This document shows positions 1-8,945 of a DNA stretch of 64,000 nucleotides, piece after piece. Each line of letters begins with the position of its first letter. Positions within the stretch are counted from its first letter, which is position 1. The stretch lies in NCBI GenBank assembly GCA_963740315.1, contig CAVUDP010000002.1, positions 2,784,001-2,848,000 of the forward strand, given 5' to 3'. The translations under genes were made by a program, and so were the position numbers. This DNA comes from an uncultured cyanobacterium. GTDB lineage: Bacteria; Cyanobacteriota; Cyanobacteriia; Cyanobacteriales; Nostocaceae. A model generated the notes under the pieces. It saw only the letters and a program-made list of their open reading frames with translations. It made no database searches and was not told the DNA's origin.

Positions 1-2337
1 CAACTGCCATTCTTGCGGCTTGTACTACTTGCTCGGCGGTGATTTCGGGGTTTCCTAATGTGATATTTTCTAGGATGCTGCCGTTAAACAAGAAGTCTTC
101 TTGTAAAACTACGCCTATTTGCTGTCGTAAGGAAGCTAAATCGACGCTTTTAAGCTCGAAACCATCAATTAAAATGCGTCCGGATTCGATTTGGTAAAGC
201 CTTTGCAGCAATTTTGAAAGCGTACTTTTACCGGAACCGCTGCGTCCTACTATACCGACAAATTGACCGGGTTCTACGTGAAAGGAAATCCCTTTGAGAA
301 CTGGTTCGGTATTCGCTTTGTAGCGGAAGAATACTTGATCGAATGTAACTTCTCCTTCGAGGGCTGGCAGTACCAATCCGGTTCCTGGCTCTGCTTCGGG
401 GGAAACATTGAGAATGTCGCCGATTCTATCTACCGATAACAGTACTTGCTGTAAATTTTGCCACAGTTGAACTAATCTTAATAGAGGTCCGGTAACTCTT
501 CCCGAAAGCATTTGAAAAGCTACCAATTGCCCTACCGTAAAGTCACCTCCAATAACTAATTTGGCTCCAAACCAGAGAATCAACAGGCTGGATAATTTGG
601 TGAGAAAGTCGCCAATGTTACTACTAATATTGGAAGTTGTGGAAGCTTTAAAGCCAGTACGAATAAAGCGAGCAAATAAACCTTCCCATCTATCCCTGGT
701 TGCAGGTTCGGCAGCGTGTGCTTTCACCGAATGAATTCCGGTAATTGTTTCTACCAGGAATGATTGACTGTCAGCGCTGCGGTTAAAAGTTTCGTTCAGC
801 CATCTGCGGAGAATTGGGGTTGCTGTCAGGGTTAATATGGCAAACAAAGGTAGTACTGCCAACGCTACGAAGGTAAGAGTACTGCTGTAGTAAAACATTA
901 GTACCAGATATACTACAGCAAAAATACTATCAAGAACTACAGTTAATGCCGTACCCGTAAGAAACTGACGAATTTGTTCTAATTCTTGTACCCGTGCCAC
1001 CGTATCGCCTACCCGTCGCGACTCAAAATAAGATAAAGGTAAGCGCATTAAGTGACGAAATAGCTGCGCCGATAAACTTAAATCCAAGCGTCGCGCCGTA
1101 TGGGTGAAAATAAATAAACGCAGAATCCCCAGCACCGACTCGAATATCGCCACTGACAAAAGTGCGATCGCCATGACATCGAGAGTGGCTAAACTCTCTT
1201 GCACCATGACTTTATCGATCACGACTTGGGTAATTAACGGTGTGGTTAATCCCAGCAATTGTAAGGTAAAAGATGCTAGCAGTACTTCTGAAAGTAAACC
1301 TTTGTACTGCCAAACCGCCGGTAAAAACCAACTTAAATTAAACTTTTCTTGCTTCTGTGTTTGTTCTACTTGCCATAAATAGCCATTCCAAAACTTTCCT
1401 AATTCTTCGCGGGATACGGTTTCGCAAGTAAAATCGGGGTTTTGCGGGTTAGCAACAATCAAGTTATTGCCTTTACGCGCATAAGCTACAACCCAATTAG
1501 CCTGCTCCGAGTTACCCCATAATAATAAAGCTGGAAAAGAAAGTTTTTGCAAATCATCCCAACTTACCTGCAACCTCCGCAGCACCAAACCCAGCTTCTC
1601 AGCAGCTTCGACAACTTGTTTGGCACGTTGCGATCGCACCTGACGCTGCATCCACTCCAACTTCACCGAAATTTCCAAATACTGCGCCACCATCGTCAAG
1701 CAAGCAGCAGCACTGTTCGCGCTAGATACGAATGGATAACCGGATGCGATGGGAGCAGGGGGGGAGTGGGAAGAGGGGGAAGAGGGGGAGAGGGGGAGGA
1801 GGGGGGAGAGGGGGGAGATGGGGAGATGGGGGGATGGGGGGAAGAGAATTTTACTATATTGCTTCCTCCGCTTCCTCCGCTTCCTCCGCTTCCTCCGTCT
1901 TCCCCATTCCAAAACTCTTCAATCTGCGGGGTTGATAATTCTGCCCATAAATCTGTACTGGTACGCAGCACTAAAACTTCTTTACTAGCTGCTACAGCTT
2001 TACATTCTGTGGGATAATTATTTAAGTTACCAAACCACTGTCCTGCTTCTAAGGTTGCTATTGGCTTACCAATGCCTTCTTCACGCAGTCGGACTTTACC
2101 AGAAACGATGAGAAATTGATAACCAACTGCTTCTTGGTACCAAATTTTCTCTCCTAAACGAAAATCAAGAATATCCGATTGGTTTTGCAGTCGGGTTTGC
2201 TGTTCGTCAGTGAGCCAACATAGAGGTGGTTGGTTCCAAGCTGGGGAAGCTAACACTGTTGCTTGATATCGATTATTTGAAACCTTTATTTTACTTGTAG
2301 TTTGACTGTCAGCTTTTGAATCTTCTCTGCTAGCCAT
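1..2337 (-). CDS. Type I secretion ABC transporter, HlyB family (cNMP-like domain, degenerate C39-like domain, membrane domain, ATPase); frameshifted in a G-rich repeat at about 1760-1850 and running off the window edge
   Basis: ORF 1696..2337 gives the N-terminus. A second minus frame continues GYPFVSSANSAAACLTMVAQY...WFLPAVWQYKGLLSEVLLASFTLQLLGLTTPLITQVVIDKV, with Walker A GIVGRSGSGKSTL near 220-256. Confidence 0.85.
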
Positions 2338-3044
2338 TTCTCGAACAGTTCATTTTGTAGTGCTTGCTTAAGTTGAGTATCTTCTAATGATGCTGGTAGA
2401 AGTTGTTCTACACGAAACAATCCATAACGTTCCTCTAATTGAATTGGTCCTAAAATATTTCCAGAATTAGCTATATCTACAGCAGCTCGCAATTTATCGG
2501 GCATTGTTCCCCGGCTGACTGGTCCCATCATGCCGTTAACAATTTTGTCGTCGGAAAGGGAATATTCCCTAGCAAGCTGCTCAAAACTAGTTCCTTCTTC
2601 AATTTGGGTATGCAACTCCTCAGCTAACTCTCGATTATCAACAATAATCCGAGAAAGTACCACCCTATCTAAAAAAATCTTTCTTTCAATAAAATATTCT
2701 GCTAATTTTGGCTCTGCTACCAAACTTTTAAGTTTCTCTAATTTAAACCCAAAAGCAACTGTAGAGTGAAATGTAGCGTAATCGGTACCGCTATTATTTA
2801 ACCAATCCTGAAACTTTTTGGGGTCGCTAAGTTCATTTTTGATCCGAAAATCAATAATTGCTTGTTCGGTTAAAGCCGGAGAAAGTTCGATTTCGACTCT
2901 AGCTTTAATTTCTTGCTCAATTACATCCTGACGCAGAATATCCCTAATAAACTGACCTAATTTTCCACTAATTTGTAAGTATTGTACTGCCTGTTGTATT
3001 GAGAGCGATCGGTCGTCAACGGTCAAAAACGATGAAGATTCCAT
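2286..3044 (-). CDS. PpiC/parvulin-type peptidyl-prolyl isomerase (foldase) associated with the HlyB transporter
   Basis: Rotamase motif SFEQLAREYSLSDDKIVNGMMGPV; overlaps the transporter start. Confidence 0.85.
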   Translation of the reverse strand: MESSSFLTVDDRSLSIQQAVQYLQISGKLGQFIRDILRQDVIEQEIKARVEIELSPALTEQAIIDFRIKNELSDPKKFQDWLNNSGTDYATFHSTVAFGFKLEKLKSLVAEPKLAEYFIERKIFLDRVVLSRIIVDNRELAEELHTQIEEGTSFEQLAREYSLSDDKIVNGMMGPVSRGTMPDKLRAAVDIANSGNILGPIQLEERYGLFRVEQLLPASLEDTQLKQALQNELFEKWLAEKIQKLTVKLQVK

Positions 3045-3248
3045 AAAGTGCTTAGTTAGAAATTACCTTAAAAAATATACAGCGATCGCATCGAAATCAA
3101 CTGCATTCAACTGACACGGGCGGAAAGATAATGCTACTTTAATGCCAAGTTGTATTGCAGTAATACCGCAACAAATCGCGAACTACGTTGCGTATAAATA
3201 CTTACAAAAAACCGATTGAGCAACTTGTGTTTGGGAAAAGATTGTATT

Positions 3249-4091
3249 CTAAATACTTGCCTGTATCCAAGCAAATAGCATCGCAGCAGCAGCTCCTATC
3301 AAGGTGTTGAGAACATTAACTAATTCATTAGTTAACCACTGCCATCGGGATTGCAGAGTCGCTCCAATCACGCTTTCTAAATTAGTAGCAATAAATGCCG
3401 CTAACACACACCACATAATACCCCAGACATCAATCAAACCAAGGCTCCAACCAAGAATTGCCAGCACCACCGAAGCGAAGATTCCAGCCAAAGTTCCTTC
3501 GAGGCTAACAGCACCTTCAGTTCCTCTGGGCACTGGCTGCAAAGTCGTAATTAGAAAAGTCCGCTTACCGTAGGCTTTACCAACTTCGCTCGCACAGGTA
3601 TCGGAAAGCTTGGTGCAAAAGCTCGCCACATAGCCTAAAAGCAGCAAAGAACTTAGAAAAACATCGCTTCCTTGCCAATTAATAATTCCTATCCCCAAAG
3701 CGCACAAAGCCGCCGTAAAAGCCGAACCCCAAACGTTTTCCGGACCCCTGGCACCGGAACGCTTTTCGGCAATTCCTTGGGCTTCTTTTTCTGCCATGCC
3801 AATGCGTGTCACAGCCGAACCAACTATAAAATAAACACAAACTACCGCATATCCCCTTAAGCCAAGAGTTCCCCAAATCAAAACACCCAGCAACCAAGCA
3901 TTAAGTATTCCATTCTGTGTAAGTAGTTTTTTAGGTGCTAGCCAAACTAGAGCTAAAAGTAAGGCGTTTAATCCTATTGCTACCAGCCAGGGGTTAGAAA
4001 AATTGTATTGCAAAGTTTCGCTGTAAATGTAGTTAAATATGGGCGTATATATATATTTTGACGGTGTTGGCGCGTAGTGGTAATATATCAT
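3249..4091 (-). CDS. DUF92/TIGR00297 family membrane protein; true start may be downstream
   Basis: Motifs RGPENVWGS, KLSDTCASEVGKAYG, PRGTEGAVSLEGTLAG. Confidence 0.85.
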   Translation of the reverse strand: MIYYHYAPTPSKYIYTPIFNYIYSETLQYNFSNPWLVAIGLNALLLALVWLAPKKLLTQNGILNAWLLGVLIWGTLGLRGYAVVCVYFIVGSAVTRIGMAEKEAQGIAEKRSGARGPENVWGSAFTAALCALGIGIINWQGSDVFLSSLLLLGYVASFCTKLSDTCASEVGKAYGKRTFLITTLQPVPRGTEGAVSLEGTLAGIFASVVLAILGWSLGLIDVWGIMWCVLAAFIATNLESVIGATLQSRWQWLTNELVNVLNTLIGAAAAMLFAWIQASI

Positions 4092-4119
4092 TTGTAAGTA
4101 CCTATGTATTATTGATGAA

Positions 4120-4266
4120 ATGCATCTGGTGGAAAAGCACGTAATTAACAGATATCATTGCTATTTTAAAGAAATAGATAATTTGTGCTTTTTAGCAAAA
4201 AATCTTTATAATGCTGCCAACTACTTAATCAGACAAAGCTTTATTTTTGAGAAAAAGTATCTATAA
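4120..4266 (+). pseudogene. Truncated TnpB (IS200/IS605/IS607 family) N-terminal remnant
   Basis: Manual translation MHLVEKHVINRYHCYFKEIDNLCFLAKNLYNAANYLIRQSFIFEKKYL* resembles the cyanobacterial TnpB N-terminus (KNLYNxANYxIRQ); no RuvC part follows. Confidence 0.7.
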
Positions 4267-5304
4267 AGACATTAGTTATTTTTTACCAATGTTTGTGTGA
4301 CATCACAAGTATTACAACTAACCGTCCATACGCCAACATACACCAGCAGAGAACAAAAAAACTTGGTCGGTTGAGTGTAATAGGCAAAGTTATTAATATG
4401 TCAAGGATAAAATTTACATCTGTGCAAATAATATTTTTGGTAATTGACGGGTTAAGTAGTCGAGCCTGCATTATTTATATATTTAAAAAGGAAGTTATAT
4501 AACTCCCTACTCTTACCTAAATAAAATATTTAATTAATGGAGACACAAGAACTTGTTTGTTTCCGAACCCAAGAAAGTGTAATTATCGCTTCTAAACGAA
4601 TTTTCAAACAATATGTTTTTCTATTTTAGAAGATTATTAGCTCCATTTATTTCAAAAAAATTCACTTTAAATCGTACAGCAAATAACTGCATCTGTGAAA
4701 AAAAATATCGGTTATAATGATTGTTTTAGTGCTAAGTTTTCTTCCGAGGTAGCATAAAAATGTGACCTAAGTAGTTTTTCATAATTATTTATAGGATTGC
4801 TCGCGCCCCGTTTTTGTTAGCGTAGCGTGCGCCTTAAAGACGAGCGTATTCGGTTCCCCGTTCCCTAGCCCCCAGGAGTTATATGCCGATGCCCGAGCGA
4901 TCGCCGGACAGAAATCGAAACGGATTCCTATACAAATTTGCATAGGAAGTTATATAAGTCCCTACTCCCTACTTCTTGACTTTACAAAAATAAATATTTC
5001 CTGGATTTGCTTCATGTATATTTCAGATTTCATATTTTATTAGTACTTAAATATAGATAATAGATAGTTATAAATCCCAAAAAACACTAAACAATCAAAT
5101 TACAGTATAATTTTTCTTATCAGAAGAAAAATTAGATAATTTTCTACAGATAAACAATTTTAAAATGCAATATGTTTATGAAGGCTAAGTAAACTTATCG
5201 TGATGTTAATGTTAAAGTTAAGATAGAGTCTCTTTTTTTACATTAAAAAGAGGTTAATTATAGATATTCAACAAATAAATACCGTTTCTTGAAATTTCAA
5301 ATAT

Positions 5305-7416
5305 ATGTCAGAAAGCGATTCAGGACTATTTATAGATTCAGCAAAAAGTCTACGTGTTAATACTAGTACTCAAATAATTAGCGATACAGTTAGCAGTTTT
5401 GAACCGAATGATTTATACAGTTTCAATATTAAGGGGCGTAGCAGTTTTAACGTAAGTCTGGACGGTTTAAGCGCCGATGCAGACGTACAGATAATTCAAG
5501 ATAAAAATGGGAATGGAAAATTCGATAAAGGCGAGAGAATTGCCTATTCTAATAATGGGGGCACCTCGGACGAATCCATCAGCGTTGATTTAGCCAAAGG
5601 TAGTTACTATATAGAAGTTTACCCTTACGGCAACATAGAAACCGACTATCGTTTAAGTATTCGGGCAGTACCGTTTGATAGTGCGGGAAATACTCTTAAT
5701 AATGCTCGCCAAATTGGGGTAGATTCTCAGACAAAAAGTATTAGCGATTGGGTAGGTAAATCAGATTCTGACGACTATTACAAATTTAAACTTGGTAATA
5801 CCAGTGACTTAAACGTAGTAGTTGATGGTTTGAGTGCTGATGCTGATTTACGGTTGCTCTCAGGTAAGGGAAATATTCTTGCTAGCTCCGTTAATATCGG
5901 TACTTTAAATGAAGCGATCGCACAAACTTTAGAAGCTGGAACTTACTACCTAAAGGTTAATTCTTACAACAACAGCGAGACTTTCTACAATCTTAAGTTA
6001 TCAGCATCTCCATCAACACAAACAAAACCTGATGCGGGAGGTACGCAGCCAATTCCTACATCTGCTGTTAGTAACGCAACAGTAGTAGCAGCGATCGCAT
6101 CTCCGGTTCCTACTTCTGCTCCTATTCCGCAAGCTGCTAATAGTACGCGCACCCAAGCCGGAACTTTGAGGGCTGATACTTTTAGCTTCCAATCCGGTTA
6201 CAGTCGGACAATTTTTTCGGGTAACGGTAACGTTGACTATGGTAGTGGAGCGCGGGATTTACTCGATTTATCCGAATTCGCTTTTAGTTCAGCTACCTTA
6301 AACTATGCTGATAGTCCTAACGGTGGTATAGCTTACAACCTGGGGAATGGTAATCGAATCTTTGATGCTATAACCCTTAGTAATGGCAGCGAAATTTTGT
6401 TTGAAGGAATTGAAACGATAAAATTTACCGATGAAACCATCAACTTATCAGTAACTCCCAACGATCCTTTATTTAACCAGCAGTGGAATCTACACGCAAT
6501 GGGCGTTCATAATGCATGGCGCTTCACTACAGGTTCGGATAATGTAGCGATCGGTATCCAAGATACGGGTTTGGGAACCGATAGTAGTGGAAACATTCAT
6601 CCAGATTTACCTACAACTGATTTTATTGGTGAAAACTATCTTGATGAGTGGGGTAATTTTTCCCACGGAACTTTAGTAGAAGGAACTATTGCTGCTATAA
6701 GTAATAATGAAACAGGGGGGGCTGGTATCAACTGGAATTCTGATTTGATACTCGTTGATGTTGTAGGTGAAGATGCTCTTGACTACAACTTAGCTACGGC
6801 AACACAAGCAATGATAGACAAAACCAACGCTCAAGGTAAACGTTTGGTAGTTAATCTCAGCTTGGCTGGTGGTTACTCAGCAGAATTTGAGCAATTAGTT
6901 GCAGATAACCAGGATAAAGCTTTATTTGTAATAGCTTCTGGGAATGGTGATGCTAGTAGTATTGACAGCCCCGCAGATTTAGCGAAAAAGTATGGAAATG
7001 TAGTGGCTGTCGGTTCTTCTTGGGGAACTAAAGATTATTACGATAATCCCCAAACACCGGGCAACCGAATTTCCTATGACAATTGGTGGGGTTCTAATTA
7101 CGGTAGCGGTTTAACTGTGACTGCTCCATCTGAGTTTGTTGCTACCAGTGCCACTCGTAATGCTGACAACACGTTTGATTTCGGCTACAACAACAACTTC
7201 AATGGAACTTCGGCTTCCACAGCAAACGTTTCTGGGGTTGCTTCATTGATATGGAGCGTTAATTCCAATCTAAGTGCGTCACAGATAAAGGCAATTATTT
7301 CGGAAACGGCTTACGATTTGGGTGCAGCAGGCTATGACACAGTTTACGGTAGCGGATTTATTAACGCCGATGCAGCCGTGCGAAGGGCTTTAGCTATTGC
7401 ACGAGATTTTGCTTAA
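5305..7416 (+). CDS. S8 subtilase with two N-terminal PPC (pre-peptidase) domains
   Basis: PPC repeats (DLYSF..LDGLSADAD..GSYYIEV); triad QDTG, SHGT, NGTSAS; no signal peptide. Confidence 0.88.
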   Translation: MSESDSGLFIDSAKSLRVNTSTQIISDTVSSFEPNDLYSFNIKGRSSFNVSLDGLSADADVQIIQDKNGNGKFDKGERIAYSNNGGTSDESISVDLAKGSYYIEVYPYGNIETDYRLSIRAVPFDSAGNTLNNARQIGVDSQTKSISDWVGKSDSDDYYKFKLGNTSDLNVVVDGLSADADLRLLSGKGNILASSVNIGTLNEAIAQTLEAGTYYLKVNSYNNSETFYNLKLSASPSTQTKPDAGGTQPIPTSAVSNATVVAAIASPVPTSAPIPQAANSTRTQAGTLRADTFSFQSGYSRTIFSGNGNVDYGSGARDLLDLSEFAFSSATLNYADSPNGGIAYNLGNGNRIFDAITLSNGSEILFEGIETIKFTDETINLSVTPNDPLFNQQWNLHAMGVHNAWRFTTGSDNVAIGIQDTGLGTDSSGNIHPDLPTTDFIGENYLDEWGNFSHGTLVEGTIAAISNNETGGAGINWNSDLILVDVVGEDALDYNLATATQAMIDKTNAQGKRLVVNLSLAGGYSAEFEQLVADNQDKALFVIASGNGDASSIDSPADLAKKYGNVVAVGSSWGTKDYYDNPQTPGNRISYDNWWGSNYGSGLTVTAPSEFVATSATRNADNTFDFGYNNNFNGTSASTANVSGVASLIWSVNSNLSASQIKAIISETAYDLGAAGYDTVYGSGFINADAAVRRALAIARDFA

Positions 7417-7561
7417 TTATCTTATCATCTAAAAAATTAGCTATAAAGCAGATCGTTTTCATCGTTGCACTACCGCAACAGTTATCTTAAAGATAAACGT
7501 GTAGCATCTATCTATATTTCTTTTTGACTGGTGGTCTGCCCCATAATTTTTGATGGGTAGA

Positions 7562-8140
7562 AAGGTTCGTAGTAAGAGTTTTAACTCTCCGGCTCTGAGG
7601 ATTTGTTACCTCGCATGGAAGGGAACCGATGCCGACACGTAGAACTTTTATTGCTCCTCAAAACGGCTGGGGACACAATACTAATAGTCTTTTCATTAAT
7701 TCTGATAGGTTTGTAGTAAGGGCTTAGGTTCCCCAAATCCGGAGGCGCTTAAGCGCTTACTACCAACTTATATTGCTCCTCAAAACGGCTGGGGACACAA
7801 TACTAATAAGGTTCGTAGTAAGAGTTTTAACTCTCCGGCTCTGAGGATTTGTTACCTCGCATGGAAGGGAACCGATGCCGACACGTAGAACTTTTATTGC
7901 TCCTCAAAACGGCTGGGGACACAATACTAATAGTCTTTTCATTAATTCTGATAGGTTTGTAGTAAGGGCTTAGGTTCCCCAAATCCGGAGGCGCTTAAGC
8001 GCTTACTACGAACTTTTATTGCTCCTCAAAACGGCTGGGGACACAATACTAATAGTCTTTTCATTAATTCTGATAAGTTTGTAGTAAGGGCTTAGGTTCC
8101 CCAAATCCGGAGGCGCTTAAGCGCTTACTACCAACCTTTT
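7562..8140. repeat. Mosaic tandem array A-L-B-L-A-L-B-L-B of GTAG-type REP doublets and a constant 38-bp linker
   Basis: Linker TATTGCTCCTCAAAACGGCTGGGGACACAATACTAATA at 7649, 7771, 7895, 8017. Unit B contains GTAGTAAGGGC...GCGCTTACTAC; unit A starts GGTTCGTAGTAAGAGTTTTAACTCT. Confidence 0.92.
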
Positions 8141-8945
8141 TACCGATCGCAATTAATAGTTAATATTTGGTATTGGTATTTGAAATTCAGTATATTTTCA
8201 ATTGCCAAATACCACTTTTTTTTATAATCATCTCTTCAAATTTGGTAAGTGGAATTCAACTCCGAGTAATGTAAAGCGAAGCCCAAAAAAAGCTTGGTAT
8301 TCTCATATTTTTATTCATCTCTTCTTTATATAAAGCCATCATAGTAGTTACCCAACTATTTATGCGCGATGCGAATCAACAAATACGGTAAAAAATCTGA
8401 TTATTTCCGGATTGAGTTGATTTTTCCTTGAATATAAGAAATTTTTTTATCTAACATTTATTGCTTGATTAATTATCTAAAAGTTAAGGCTATAGGTATT
8501 GTATTTGTCTTTGCTTACCTAAGTAATAGAAGCTTACTGCTAAATAATAGTAATTCAAAATAAACAATTTGTTGATTGCAATAGTATTATTTGTTACCAA
8601 CATAATATTCGTAATTTTGTGCAAACCCTTGTGGATAAAGACTTTTAACTATATATATAGTTTGTTAAAAAATATTAAGCTACTTTGAAATAACTTTATT
8701 AAATATCGCATGAATACTGAATTTATTGATATTTTCTCTATAGATTGTAACTTTTATACTAAAAATTTATTTAATTTATTTTTGATTAATACGTAATTTT
8801 TCCCTAGCTGTTTTGGGAATGTAAATAGCACTATAGAAGTTCCTAATTTAAAAATAAGGAATTTACAAACCAATATAAAATCTTTAACTTGCATTCTGTG
8901 CAAGGTGCTAATTACGAACTTTATAAAAAAAAGCAGCTATATATT

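Noticed and set aside
1104..2017. Plus-strand ORFs 1104..1382, 1547..2017, 1732..1935, 1749..1988
   Set aside because: Antisense shadows of the ABC transporter and its low-complexity linker.
1..3044. Bacteriocin/RiPP export cluster
   Set aside because: The C39 catalytic residues are absent and no double-glycine precursor is visible in the window.
7562..8140. CRISPR array (38-bp constant unit repeated four times)
   Set aside because: The intervening sequences are about 85 bp, are themselves repeated and palindromic, one occurs solo elsewhere, and no cas genes are present.
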